Shown in pieces: positions 31,885-43,001 of a stretch of DNA of 64,000 bases. The stretch covers positions 4,512,001 through 4,576,000 of the forward strand of contig OY970166.1 in NCBI GenBank assembly GCA_963706595.1. Direction: 5' to 3'. The stretch comes from an uncultured cyanobacterium (GTDB lineage Bacteria > Cyanobacteriota > Cyanobacteriia > Cyanobacteriales > Nostocaceae). The notes below the pieces were generated by a model. The model searched no databases. It saw only the letters and a list, made by a program, of their open reading frames with translations, and was not told where the DNA came from. Both the position numbers and the translations under genes were made by a program. Position 1 is the stretch's first letter; each line of letters starts with the position of its first letter.

Positions 31885-33219
31885 TTAGAGCTTGACATTG
31901 GGAAAACCCATCGATGCTTTACTGGATTTGGCAGGGGACTGGTGAGGGTTCTGAACAGAGTAAAAAATATCGTGTCCATCCAAATTGTCAGCTGCAAAAC
32001 TCTCGGCGGTGGTTGGTAACGATAATTGCCTTGGTACTTCAATTCTAAACATAGAACCAACCCCTAATTTACTTTCCAAAATAATTCTGCCCCCCATCAT
32101 TTGCACCAAAGCATCTATAATTGCTAAACCTAATCCTGTACCAGCATATTTGCGCGTGATACTTTGGTCTACTTGTCGGAAAGCTTCAAAAATATGTTTA
32201 AAATCTCTGGGCGCGATGCCAATACCTGTATCCCGAACCGCGATGGCTAATTGGTTGTGAGGAAGTTCTTTCACTTCCACCCAAATACAACCAGATTCGG
32301 TGAATTTAATAGCATTGGATAATAAATTGATTAAAATCTGCCGCACACGCACTGAATCATTAAATATCAGAGGTTTTTGCATATCAATATCGACGCGCAA
32401 AGACAGCTTTTTTGCTTCAGCTAAAGAACGCATTTGGGCGACGACAATATTGATCGTTTTTGTTAAATCAAATAATTCGGGCTTTAACTCTAGTCGTCCT
32501 CCTTCTAGCTTAGAAAAATCAAGAACTTCATTTAATAACATCAATAAATTCTTGCCATTATTCAATATGCGCTCCACCATGTCTGTTTGCTGATGGGTTA
32601 GCTGACCGAACTTAGGGCGCAACAAGATTTGAGAAAACCCAATAATGGCATTCATCGGAGTCCGCAGTTCATGAGACATGGTAGCTAAAAACTGCGATTT
32701 CAGCCGTGATGCTTCCAAAAGCTTGAAATTTTGTAACTGAATTTGTTGTCTTTGTTGTTCTAGTTCTTGATTCTGACGCAGCAGTTGCTCATTAGTTTCT
32801 CTAAGTTGCTGGTTAGCTAAAGCTGTTTGCATTTCAGCGCGGTGTATCCGCATGGCATGGCGTAAAACCTGTGCTAATGTTTCTGAACATACCCTAGATT
32901 TAGAAAGATAGTCTGTAGCACCAGCTTTCATCAAATCGACAGCGATTTGTTCATCTTTTTGGGCGGTAAGAACTACTAAAGGAACTTTGATTTCCGCAGC
33001 CCGTAATCTTTGAATAAGTGCCAAACCGTCTTGATCTGGTAGGCGATAATCAAGGAAAACACAATCATAATTAGCAGTTTTTAATGTAGCCAATGCGTCA
33101 CGTCCGTCTGTTACCTCAGACAGTTCAATACAAACACCTGCTTGAGTTAAAGCCCGACGCACTACCATCCGATCTACTTCATTTTCATCTACAACCAAAA
33201 TTCTCAGCGTTTCTTTCAT
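31885..33219 (-). CDS. Hybrid receiver-histidine kinase
   Basis: LVVDE..LDYRLP receiver; MSHELRTPM; NLLSNAIKFT; GTGLGL. Confidence 0.92.
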   Translation of the reverse strand: MKETLRILVVDENEVDRMVVRRALTQAGVCIELSEVTDGRDALATLKTANYDCVFLDYRLPDQDGLALIQRLRAAEIKVPLVVLTAQKDEQIAVDLMKAGATDYLSKSRVCSETLAQVLRHAMRIHRAEMQTALANQQLRETNEQLLRQNQELEQQRQQIQLQNFKLLEASRLKSQFLATMSHELRTPMNAIIGFSQILLRPKFGQLTHQQTDMVERILNNGKNLLMLLNEVLDFSKLEGGRLELKPELFDLTKTINIVVAQMRSLAEAKKLSLRVDIDMQKPLIFNDSVRVRQILINLLSNAIKFTESGCIWVEVKELPHNQLAIAVRDTGIGIAPRDFKHIFEAFRQVDQSITRKYAGTGLGLAIIDALVQMMGGRIILESKLGVGSMFRIEVPRQLSLPTTAESFAADNLDGHDIFYSVQNPHQSPAKSSKASMGFPNVKL

Positions 33220-34280
33220 TGGTTTTTATTTTCGCTGTCAAATACAGGTTGATGTCTAACATCTCTAACTTCAAACTATCCAATTAAATAATTTGGTTTT
33301 GATTTGATATCTGGTTTTCATCAAGTTTTCTCCTCTACCCTGTTGCATTTAATTTTTATACTCAAATTTTCCAGAATCAAACTATTTTTCCATCCGAATG
33401 TAACTGACTAAAAATTTGGCACAATATCCCGGATTTATTGATTAATACCATCGGTTTCCTCAACTTTATGCTCATCGCAGGCTGAGAAATATAGTCAGTC
33501 ACTTTTAATCTTTCAGCCTCCACTCTGTCTTGATCCCGGTTGAATTAGTACAATTACGGACGTTGCTCTCAATTTACTATCGCTGGTTTCTCAAGTAGAG
33601 CAAATTGACATAAAGTCCGATAAAATACTTTGTTAACCCTCAAAACGATTGTAAATGAGTCTGGTAACGCCTGTCCTCAGTCATTAGTGAGAGTTACGTA
33701 CCAAAATCGTGTACCATAAGCCTGAGCAGCTTGACTCACTTGGTTGCTGAGTCCAAGTTAAGCCAAAGTCTTGCCAATGCCTGCAATAGAATTCCCAGTA
33801 ACCGTGTTTTTCCTCTGTGTTCACATTGTTTTTGACCTGTGCTAGAGCCATGATTTATTTGGCGATCGCCAACTCACAGTGTTAAAAAACTCACTAAACT
33901 TGTATGACAATACGCAGAATAATACTGAAGCTATCATCTGCTATGATCTTTATGGGTATACAAGTTAGGATTGGTTTTGGTTTATTCATGGGTGGGATTT
34001 TTAATTAAAGCTTTAGAATAATAGTAAATAAGTTTCTACTCCTGAAGACATGACATAAATTATAACTCGTCTCAATCTTCCATATTTGTGGGGAAAATAA
34101 CGATATATCTTTAGCTAGATTTTTAACGCTAGCTAGGATGAAGAAACCGCGCATTTACTATTTCTATCGATGGATGCGGATTTGGAAAAATATCATCTAT
34201 CTTAGGGTTGGGAAAATAAGATAAACTGCTTAAAAAAGGTGATCAGCTGCAAGATGCAATTATCAACAGCGAGTATAGCA

Positions 34281-35003
34281 ATGAGTGAAATCAGCATTAT
34301 TTTAATTGAAGATCATGATTTGACCAGAATGGGACTAAGAGCTGCGTTGCAATCTAACAGCGCGCTGAAGGTCATTGGTGAAGCAGCAAATGCCACTCAA
34401 GGACTAAAACTTTTGGAAACGGCTAAACCAGATGTGGCAGTGATAGATATTGGTTTACCTGACATGGATGGGATTGAACTCACCCGCAAGTTTAGACGCT
34501 ACCAAGCAGAAACAGGGCAGAATGCCACCAAAATCCTGATTTTGACGATGGATCATACAGAAGATGCCGTCCTGGCAGCTTTTGCGGCAGGTGCAGACTC
34601 TTATTACATGAAAGAGACTAGCATTAATAAATTAACCGAGGCTATACAAGCAACTCATGGCGGTAACTCTTGGATTGATCCAGCGATCGCCAATGTGGTA
34701 TTAAAGAAAATGCGCCAAGGTATCCCCGGAGAAACCCAAACGGCGGATAAGCACAAAACCGTAAAAATTGAAGCCCTAGCCACGGAATACGAACAAGTTT
34801 TAGAAACCTATCCTCTGACTCAACGCGAACTGGAAATCCTAGAGTTAATTGTGGCTGGATGCAGCAATGGGCAAATTGCTGAACAACTATATATTACAGT
34901 GGGGACAGTGAAAACTCACGTGCGGAATATCTTGAATAAACTCTGCGCTGATGACCGGACTCAAGCTGCTGTGCGGGCTTTACGTTCTGGTTTAGTTGGC
35001 TAA
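34281..35003 (+). CDS. NarL/LuxR family response regulator
   Basis: LIEDHD, DIGLPDMDG, LTQRELEIL...ITVGTVKTHVRNIL. Confidence 0.93.
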   Translation: MSEISIILIEDHDLTRMGLRAALQSNSALKVIGEAANATQGLKLLETAKPDVAVIDIGLPDMDGIELTRKFRRYQAETGQNATKILILTMDHTEDAVLAAFAAGADSYYMKETSINKLTEAIQATHGGNSWIDPAIANVVLKKMRQGIPGETQTADKHKTVKIEALATEYEQVLETYPLTQRELEILELIVAGCSNGQIAEQLYITVGTVKTHVRNILNKLCADDRTQAAVRALRSGLVG

Positions 35004-35020
35004 AAATTAATCTGTTTCGA

Positions 35021-36370
35021 TTAATACCATTTTTGCTGTAAACAATCAGCAATTCTACGGGCTGCCCCTGGTTTACCCATGCGCCGCATTCCGTTTTCGG
35101 CAATCATTTGCAAACGATCAGGATCTTGCAACAGCGATCGCACCACCTGGGGAACTTGTGCTGGATTGTCTACTAAAAGGAGAGATGTGCCTAAAAGTCG
35201 GCTTTGAGCTTCGGCAAAGGCTGGGTTATATTGGGGACCATGACCGGGAATAGCGATCGCGGGTTTTCCTAAACCTACGAATTGTTCTGTTGCTGTACCA
35301 GCCATCGCGATCGCTAAATCTCCCCAATAGAGACAATCATTATAGGCTTGTTGTGTGAGGACGACATAAGCATTTTTTTGCTGAAATACCAACGCATCAG
35401 GATCAGCAATGGGGAGGGGCGATTCTGCATGAATTTGCCATCCTTGGGATTTCATAGTTGTGGATAAAATACTTTGATCTAAACCAGGAGCGATCGCCCC
35501 CAAAAATACCACACTGCCAAAACTTTGTAAAATCCCATCTCGTTCCGAGAAACTAGCCATCAATGCAGACACAGCCAGCATAATAATTTCCCAGTTAGCG
35601 TAAGCCTCCGGGGGACGTGAACCCGGTAATAGAGTGACTACTAACGGTCTAACTATTTCTTGCTGCTGGGCGGCTGAACTATAAAATTGTGGTTTTGAAA
35701 ACGTTGATTCTAGATCATCCATCATCGGATTACCCAAATCAAAAGCCGGAATTGACCATTTTTGTAATATTTCCGTAGTCAAAGCATCTCTAGGGAACAC
35801 AGCCTGACAACGGCGACGACTCATCAACCAACGTTCCCAAGGATGATAAATTGAACCAGAAAAGTTTTCCCAACGCGCACCTTTTGATTTTCTGGGTAAT
35901 AGTCCCACTTCATTCCGCACGTAATATTCCGATTTTGCCGTCCCTACAAAAGCATAATTAGCACCACTAAAAGCAGCAAATAACAAAGGGACAATATCCC
36001 CGACAGCTAAAATAGCGCTCTTGTTACCTAATTCTTTTTGGGAAGCTACCCAACCCCGAACAGCTTCAATTTGATTCAGGGTAAGTTGCAGCAAACCACC
36101 ACGGACATCCCTGACTAATTGCCGGCTATCCATATAAATAAAGCCCCCAGAAGGCATGGTGCGGACTGAACCAATACAGGGGATGCCTAACTTTTGGTAA
36201 GCACGTCCTTCACCCACCAAAGGTAATGCAAAGATATCTGGGGGGTGTTCTTGTTGTTGGAATTGCTGCACAATGCTGGTAGCAATTACATCTTCTCCAT
36301 GACCGTTACTTAAAACCAGTAACTGTAACTTGTCGTTGACTTTTGGGATTAATGGGGAGACATTACTCAT
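35021..36370 (-). CDS. Lipid-A-disaccharide synthase-related protein
   Basis: LSNGHGED, MPSGGF, AVGDIVPL, GNPMMD, LLPGSR, AMAGTATEQ. Confidence 0.85.
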   Translation of the reverse strand: MSNVSPLIPKVNDKLQLLVLSNGHGEDVIATSIVQQFQQQEHPPDIFALPLVGEGRAYQKLGIPCIGSVRTMPSGGFIYMDSRQLVRDVRGGLLQLTLNQIEAVRGWVASQKELGNKSAILAVGDIVPLLFAAFSGANYAFVGTAKSEYYVRNEVGLLPRKSKGARWENFSGSIYHPWERWLMSRRRCQAVFPRDALTTEILQKWSIPAFDLGNPMMDDLESTFSKPQFYSSAAQQQEIVRPLVVTLLPGSRPPEAYANWEIIMLAVSALMASFSERDGILQSFGSVVFLGAIAPGLDQSILSTTMKSQGWQIHAESPLPIADPDALVFQQKNAYVVLTQQAYNDCLYWGDLAIAMAGTATEQFVGLGKPAIAIPGHGPQYNPAFAEAQSRLLGTSLLLVDNPAQVPQVVRSLLQDPDRLQMIAENGMRRMGKPGAARRIADCLQQKWY

Positions 36371-36442
36371 ATAAAATTGGTATAAACAGATAATAAACAA
36401 GATATTGCCGTCATCAAATATAAATATTATTTATTTGCCCTG

Positions 36443-37711
36443 ATGAAAAAAGATTCTATAAACCCTAAACGCATATTATTCTTACATCCCAACTTTCCCG
36501 CCCAATTTCGCCACATAGCCACAGCTTTAGCCCAAGATAGTAATTACCAAGTTGTATTTTGCACTAATTGTCAGGAAGGAACAATACCTGGCGTATTTAA
36601 AGCTATTTATCAACCTTCCCGTCAAGCTACAAAACCAACTCACCATTATGTCCACAATTTAGAAAATGCAGTTCTCACCGGACAAGCTGTATATCGAATC
36701 TGCACACAACTCAAAGCACAGGGTTTTATCCCAGATATAATTTATGGTCATTCTGGTTGGGGTCCGACTTTATTTATGAAAGAACTTTTCCCCCAAGCAG
36801 AGTTATTATGCTTCTTTGAATGGTTTTATCATGCTCACGGATCTGATGTCAACTTTGACCCCAAAGAACCATTAAATACGGATGAACAATGTCGAATTCG
36901 GATCATCAACGCCCCAATTTTAATTGATTTATATAGTTGCGATCGCGGACTTTCTCCCACTCATTGGCAGCATCAACAATTCCCACCAGAATATCATAGT
37001 AAAATTAATATTTGCCATGATGGCATTGATACTAACTTCTTTCGACCAAATCCTGGAAGTAAATTAGTTTTACCCCGCATTAATCTTGACCTTACCCATG
37101 TGGAAGAATTAGTAACCTATGTAGCCAGAGGAATGGAACCTTATCGTGGTTTTCCTCAGTTTATGGAAGCAGTAGCCTTAATTCAACAACAACGACCAAA
37201 TGCTCATATTGTAGTTGTAGGAGAAGATAGAGTAGCCTATAGTAAAAATCTCCCCAATGGCAAAACTTATAAACAGTTAATGTTAGAGAAATTAGATTTA
37301 GATTTATCCAGATTACATTTTACTGGTCTACTACCTTATCCTGAATACCTCAAAGTTTTACAAGCATCCTCAGCCCATATTTATTTAACTCGTCCCTTTG
37401 TTTTATCGTGGTCAATGTTAGAATCAATGTCCACAGGATGTTTGTTGATAGCTTCTAATACTTCCCCAGTGTTAGAAGTAATTAAAGATCGCCAAAATGG
37501 ACTACTAATAGATTTCTTTTCTCCCCAACAAATTGCCAACAAAGTCAACGAAGTGTTAGACAATCCCCAAGATATGATAGCTATTCGTACAGCAGCAAGA
37601 AAGACCATAGTGAAAAAATATGATTTAGCAACATTATTACCACAGCATTTAGATTGGTTATTGGGAAAGAAAACTTCCGTTAAGTCTCATGGGTTTGCAA
37701 AGCTAAGATAG
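36443..37711 (+). CDS. Glycosyltransferase family 4
   Basis: FLHPNFPAQF, HSGWG, RGMEPYRGF, YLTRPFVLSWSMLESM. Confidence 0.88.
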   Translation: MKKDSINPKRILFLHPNFPAQFRHIATALAQDSNYQVVFCTNCQEGTIPGVFKAIYQPSRQATKPTHHYVHNLENAVLTGQAVYRICTQLKAQGFIPDIIYGHSGWGPTLFMKELFPQAELLCFFEWFYHAHGSDVNFDPKEPLNTDEQCRIRIINAPILIDLYSCDRGLSPTHWQHQQFPPEYHSKINICHDGIDTNFFRPNPGSKLVLPRINLDLTHVEELVTYVARGMEPYRGFPQFMEAVALIQQQRPNAHIVVVGEDRVAYSKNLPNGKTYKQLMLEKLDLDLSRLHFTGLLPYPEYLKVLQASSAHIYLTRPFVLSWSMLESMSTGCLLIASNTSPVLEVIKDRQNGLLIDFFSPQQIANKVNEVLDNPQDMIAIRTAARKTIVKKYDLATLLPQHLDWLLGKKTSVKSHGFAKLR

Positions 37712-37785
37712 TTATCGTGATCTAGTAGGGTTTTTTCGTTGCTACCTACTTAAGTGAAGTACACAGAAGAGATAATTAACCACAA

Positions 37786-37895
37786 GGTGTTGCCCAAACC
37801 AAGTATGAATTTAAATGTAGAGACGTTCCATGGAACGTCTCTACAGGGGTTTTGACATCATCACAAATCCTGTTATACTTCAAATCAGCAACGCC
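37786..37895. mobile_element. TIR-bounded REP element
   Basis: GGTGTTGC...GCAACGCC ends around the palindrome TGTAGAGACGTTCCATGGAACGTCTCTACA. Confidence 0.5.
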
Positions 37896-38134
37896 AACCA
37901 CTAACCTAGACACAAAGTGGCTAACTCTACGAAAAAGCCAAAGGTAAACCCGCAGGACATACAGATAAACCGGGAATTCTTACAGGTGCATAAGAAACAA
38001 AATCTTAAAATTAACTGTCTGTTTAGGCAAGAGGTATCAATGAGGATATTAATCGGCCAAGCTGCTGTTAGTGATTAATATCCTCATTACCTAAACTCAC
38101 TAAAACTAATTACCAGTGAATTAGGCTAAATATT

Positions 38135-40165
38135 ATGCAAATTTCTTCTGCGGCAATTCTGACTTTGGCTACTTTGGCAGCTAGTAATCTTACACAACAA
38201 CAAGCAACGGCTACAACTATCACAGTTGCTTCTCAGGATGAAGCTGCGGAAAATTTTGTAGTGCCAGTCATTGCAGAAACACCTGCACGAATTGAAGCTA
38301 TTGCATCCCCAGAAACTGTAGCTATTCAACAATTTTCTCAGAATAATCTAGTTGTGCAAACAGGTGGACAAAAAAACCCCACCTCTTCACGTCAACCTAT
38401 CCTCATCTCTTCAGATACCACTGATAGTAATTTAGTTGTCCCTGCTACAGATGTCCAGGTGGTGGGAGCTACTCCAGAATTGCAGCAGATTGTCCGCCAA
38501 GTGATTAAAACCCAGACAGGGGGGGAAACAAGTCAAAGTCAGCTACAAAGAGATGTTAACACCATCTTAGAGACTGGTTTATTTGCTAGTGCTAACGTCA
38601 ATAGCAGCACTACCCCAAATGGCCTAAATGTAGTGTATCAAGTGGAACCAGTGGTAGTGCGATCGCTGCAACTTTCAGGTGCAAAAGCCCTCACCTATCG
38701 GGTAGCCCAAGAACGTTTCCAATCGCAAATCGGTAAACCCATCAGTCCAGAAGGACTCAAACAAGCTGTAAAACAAATTGATCAATGGTACGCCGACAAT
38801 GGTTATAAATTAGCCAACGTATTATCCATTAAACCCAATCGTCAAGGTATCTTGACAGTCAATGTCGCTGAAGGCTTAGTGGGTGACATTAAGTTTCGCT
38901 TTATTAATGACGATGGGAAAACCGTTGATAGCAAGGGTGAACCAGTAGCAGGACGTACCAAACCCGATTTTCTTCGACAGCAATTAAAACTCAAGCCTGG
39001 GCAAATTTTTCAAGAAGATACTGTCCGCCAAGATGTGCAGCAGTTATACCGCACTGGCTTATTTGAAACTGTGAATGTTGCCTTTGAAGGTGATGCGAAT
39101 AAAGTTGATTTAATTTACCAAGTCAAAGAATTTGGCGCGCGGGCGATTAACGTCGGCGGTAGCTTTAATGCTGACCTGGGATTATTAGGGACATTAAGCT
39201 ATCAAGATCAAAATATTGGTGGTACTAATGATAATTTGGCTGTAAGTGTGGGCGTGAGTCGCAATGATTTGCAGTTTAATACTCAATTAACAAGTCCTTA
39301 TCGTGCCACTGAACCTGAGCGTTTAGGCTACACAGTTAATGCTTTCCGTAACCGGGAAGTTTCCTTCATCTTGGATGACAAGATTAAACTAGCTAATGGC
39401 GACCAAGCGCGAGAAGGTCAGGTTGGGACTGGTATCAGCTTTCAGCAACCCCTTGATGATTGGGATACAGCTTTGGGATTTAACTATACTCGCACTAGTA
39501 TTCGCGATCGCCAAGGTAATATTACCGCAACCGACGTACAGGGCAATCCCCTGACTGCAAGTGGTACTGGTATTGATGATCTAGCCACAGTATCCTTTAC
39601 CGCCTCCCAAGATAAACGAGATAATATTTTTAATCCTACTCAAGGTTCCTTACTAAGTTTGAGTACAGAACAATCTGTACCAGTTGGTCAAGGTAATATT
39701 ACTTTGAATCGCCTCAAGGCCAACTACACTCAATATGTGCCAGTGAAATTATTTAACACTAATAATACACAGCCCCAAGTATTCGCTGTGAATTTTCAAG
39801 CTGGGACAGTAATTGGTGATTTACCACCTTATGAAAGTTTTAACTTGGGTGGTTCTAATTCAGTCCGGGGTTACGATACCGGAGAAGTTGGTAGTGGTCG
39901 CAGTTATGTATTAGCTAGCGCAGAATACCGCTTTCCCATTGTCCCAGTGTTGGGGGGTGTAGTATTTGCCGATTTTGCCTCAGACTTAGGCTCTGGTGAG
40001 ACTGTATTAGGAGATCCGGCGGGTTTAAGGGGCAAACCGGGGTATGGTTTTGGTTATGGCGCTGGGGTGCGGATTGACTCACCTCTGGGCTTAATCCGGG
40101 CTGATTATGGCATTAATGACCAAGGAGAAAGCAAAGTGCATTTAGGTATAGGACAAAGATTTTAA
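38135..40165 (+). CDS. BamA/TamA (Omp85) family outer-membrane protein
   Basis: Signal peptide, POTRA-like repeats, LGGSNSVRGY, AEYRFP, SPLGLIRADYG, C-terminal GIGQRF. Confidence 0.9.
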   Translation: MQISSAAILTLATLAASNLTQQQATATTITVASQDEAAENFVVPVIAETPARIEAIASPETVAIQQFSQNNLVVQTGGQKNPTSSRQPILISSDTTDSNLVVPATDVQVVGATPELQQIVRQVIKTQTGGETSQSQLQRDVNTILETGLFASANVNSSTTPNGLNVVYQVEPVVVRSLQLSGAKALTYRVAQERFQSQIGKPISPEGLKQAVKQIDQWYADNGYKLANVLSIKPNRQGILTVNVAEGLVGDIKFRFINDDGKTVDSKGEPVAGRTKPDFLRQQLKLKPGQIFQEDTVRQDVQQLYRTGLFETVNVAFEGDANKVDLIYQVKEFGARAINVGGSFNADLGLLGTLSYQDQNIGGTNDNLAVSVGVSRNDLQFNTQLTSPYRATEPERLGYTVNAFRNREVSFILDDKIKLANGDQAREGQVGTGISFQQPLDDWDTALGFNYTRTSIRDRQGNITATDVQGNPLTASGTGIDDLATVSFTASQDKRDNIFNPTQGSLLSLSTEQSVPVGQGNITLNRLKANYTQYVPVKLFNTNNTQPQVFAVNFQAGTVIGDLPPYESFNLGGSNSVRGYDTGEVGSGRSYVLASAEYRFPIVPVLGGVVFADFASDLGSGETVLGDPAGLRGKPGYGFGYGAGVRIDSPLGLIRADYGINDQGESKVHLGIGQRF

Positions 40166-40194
40166 GCACAAACAAAACTCCGAAGTGCAGGACT

Positions 40195-40307
40195 CTGCAC
40201 CCTGCCTCTTCCCCCCTGCACCCTGCACCCTGCACCCTGCACCCTGCCTCTTCTCCCCACTCCCCACTCCCCACTCCCCACTCCCCACTCCCCACTCCCC
40301 ACTCCCA
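40195..40307. repeat. STRR tracts (TGCACCC)n and (CCCCACT)n
   Basis: Direct tandem heptamers between the Omp85 gene and menB. Confidence 0.9.
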
Positions 40308-40366
40308 TATTAGCGATCGCCTGTCCTTCCGCGATAAAATTCTCAAGCACAACAGCGCCATGATCC

Positions 40367-41203
40367 ATGACCCAAATCAACTGGCAAATTGCCAAAAACT
40401 ACGAAGATATCACATATCACAAAGCTGACGGTATTGCCAAAATCACCATCAATCGCCCCCATAAACGCAATGCCTTTCGCCCTAAAACTGTCTTTGAACT
40501 CTACGATGCTTTCTGTGATGCTCGTGAAGATTTGCACATTGGCGTAGTCTTATTTACTGGTGCAGGACCCCACACTGATGGTAAATACGCCTTCTGTTCT
40601 GGTGGAGACCAAAGTGTACGCGGACAGGCGGGTTATGTTGACGATGCGGGTATCCCCCGTTTAAACGTGTTGGACTTGCAACGCCTCATTCGTTCAATGC
40701 CGAAAGTGGTAATTGCTTTAGTTGCTGGATATGCCATTGGTGGTGGACACGTCCTGCATCTGATTTGTGACCTCACCATTGCCGCCGATAATGCCATTTT
40801 TGGACAAACTGGACCCAAAGTGGGCAGTTTCGATGGTGGTTTTGGTGCAAGTTATCTCGCCCGTGTTGTGGGACAAAAAAAGGCGCGAGAAATTTGGTTT
40901 CTCTGCCGCCAATATAATGCCCAACAAGCTCTAGATATGGGTTTAGTAAATTGTATTGTCCCAGTAGAACAACTAGAAGCTGAAGGTATTCAATGGGCGC
41001 AAGAAATTTTAGAAAAAAGTCCCATTGCAATTCGGTGTCTGAAATCAGCATTCAACGCTGATTGTGACGGACAAGCTGGTTTACAAGAACTAGCCGGGAA
41101 CGCCACTCTACTGTATTACATGACAGAAGAGGGTTCTGAGGGAAAACAAGCCTTTTTGGAAAAACGTCCCCCGAATTTCCGTACCTTTCCTTGGCTACCT
41201 TAA
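40367..41203 (+). CDS. menB: 1,4-dihydroxy-2-naphthoyl-CoA synthase
   Basis: [42 protein letters not shown]. Confidence 0.96.
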   Translation: MTQINWQIAKNYEDITYHKADGIAKITINRPHKRNAFRPKTVFELYDAFCDAREDLHIGVVLFTGAGPHTDGKYAFCSGGDQSVRGQAGYVDDAGIPRLNVLDLQRLIRSMPKVVIALVAGYAIGGGHVLHLICDLTIAADNAIFGQTGPKVGSFDGGFGASYLARVVGQKKAREIWFLCRQYNAQQALDMGLVNCIVPVEQLEAEGIQWAQEILEKSPIAIRCLKSAFNADCDGQAGLQELAGNATLLYYMTEEGSEGKQAFLEKRPPNFRTFPWLP

Positions 41204-41282
41204 AATTATAAAAATCGCACCTAGTGATCAGGTGCGATTTTTTCAGATTTAATAAACTAAAAATTGAGTTCGTTCTCAGCAA

Positions 41283-41597
41283 CTAAATTTGTCCTACCGT
41301 AGTCTTAGCTTTTGGTGAAGTGTAGTTAGCTATTTCTTCTACAGGAGCAGTAATAGTATTGTCGGCATCTGTAGCCAGAGTGTTTGAAGAACCTAAAAAT
41401 CTTTTTGCATCTGGTAAATCCCAAGCGTCTTCCAAAGTTTCCCAAGAAGGTGCAAAAGGTGGCAGCGCCAAAGAGCAAGCTTTCCAACCTGCTTGCACAA
41501 GGCTTCCTAACTGCTGGCACATTCCGCCTCGGCGACCCTCTGGTTGGTAATGACGACAATATCTACAGGCAGATGTCACGGATTTAATAGGTTTCAT
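41283..41597 (-). CDS. Small Cys-rich hypothetical protein
   Basis: CRYCRHYQPEGRRGGMCQQL...WKAC...PPF. Confidence 0.7.
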   Translation of the reverse strand: MKPIKSVTSACRYCRHYQPEGRRGGMCQQLGSLVQAGWKACSLALPPFAPSWETLEDAWDLPDAKRFLGSSNTLATDADNTITAPVEEIANYTSPKAKTTVGQI

Positions 41598-42070
41598 TTG
41601 AGTTCATCTTTAATGCAGTTTGTGGCTGATTTGCATACTTACTATTTTGCTCCTATATATAAAGGGGTAATATACCCAAAAAGTCATTATCTTACATGGG
41701 TTTCAGCGATCCCCACTACTAAATAAACTTTAGAATGTTTTTATATTCTTGTTATATATGTAAATGATCACGGTAGTGGATACACACTAATTTTTAAGTA
41801 AAACTGACTGGGGATCAATGCTAAGGTCATAAGTTTGGATTTCAACAAAATCAAAAATCTATGTCTCAGGTATAGTTTTTGTAATGAATTCCCGTAGATT
41901 GTTGAGGCTCGCTGGCATAATTTTATCTAAAGTTATACATCCCTCAAGGATGAAAACATCCTCATGTTTGTGGTTAATTAATTGCTCGCATATCTACAGA
42001 CGCGATTGAAAAGAAGCAGGGGAGCAGGGAGCAGGGAGCAAGGGGGAGTTAGAAATTACTTTAAACTTCC

Positions 42071-42276
42071 TTAGAGGTTGTTTGAAAAGTCTAATTTATT
42101 ACGAGCCTCGGCGACTAGAAGTCGCGGCTACACAGACAAAACCCACCTTCGTGGGTTCAAAAATCGCTATTTACAGTTAGTCCGCGCAGGCGGACTTCCC
42201 TCCGGGAAGCCGCTACGCGTCATGTTTGTGTAGTAGCGAATTATATTCGCCCAAAACTTTTCAAACATCCTCTTAG
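42071..42276. mobile_element. MITE with AGAGG(A/T)TGTTTGAAAAG TIRs and REP core
   Basis: TTAGAGGTTGTTTGAAAAG ... CTTTTCAAACATCCTCTTA; core shared with the 4.2 kb and 28.1 kb copies. Confidence 0.7.
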
Positions 42277-42349
42277 TTAACTGTTCCTCTTCTCCCCTGC
42301 ACCCTGCCCCCTGCACCCTGCCCCCTGCACCCTGTCTCTTGTTGGTAGG

Positions 42350-42892
42350 CTAAAACTGCTTGGCAGCACAAACACAACAGACTTGCCAACGCTGGAGTTC
42401 ACCGGGTGGGGTAGGAGATTGACACTGGGGACAAAGGGGTAAGCCATGCGATCGCGCTTGCATTGTTTTAGCCCAAGATTCAAATGCAGTATTGGCGCTC
42501 TTCTTAGTGGGTGTAACCTGAGTGCGGGAAATATTGACATTACCCAAATAACTGGGATGCTCCTGTGGAATGACGGTTTTTTCCTGTAAGTAATCTGGAA
42601 GAGGTTGCCAATCTTTAGTAGAAAACCGAATATCCACCAAAGGCTCAGACAATTTTTGATTTAATTTTAAAAGTAGAGTTGTCCTTCCAAAGGTCATGTT
42701 CTGCGCCCAAGCAGCGCTAGAAGTTGCTACCTGCAAAACATCACGCTGAATTGATAATGGTCGCGTATGGGTAGCAGCCACTTTTCCGACAATATCTGGC
42801 CATAACTGAAGCAAGCGCTGAAATGGGTGTTCTTGCCATTTAGCCTGCTGTTTCACAACACCTAAAATATCATTAACTGATTTCAAAGACAT
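42350..42892 (-). CDS. DUF721/DciA family protein with C-terminal Zn ribbon
   Basis: WPDIVG..AATHTRP..IQRDVLQVATSSAAWAQ; CPQC...CCVC. Confidence 0.8.
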   Translation of the reverse strand: MSLKSVNDILGVVKQQAKWQEHPFQRLLQLWPDIVGKVAATHTRPLSIQRDVLQVATSSAAWAQNMTFGRTTLLLKLNQKLSEPLVDIRFSTKDWQPLPDYLQEKTVIPQEHPSYLGNVNISRTQVTPTKKSANTAFESWAKTMQARSHGLPLCPQCQSPTPPGELQRWQVCCVCAAKQF

Positions 42893-43001
42893 TTTTAAAT
42901 TTGCTGAATGTTAGTAAGGAGATTTAAACAATTTTCGCTATGATGACGCTTAATGTCATGTATCTAAAGTGAATCCAGTAGTCTAGGTTTGAGGCACACA
43001 G

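Noticed and set aside
40113..40395. ORFs with GVGSGEW / CRVQGAG repeats
   Set aside because: Translations of STRR heptamer tracts
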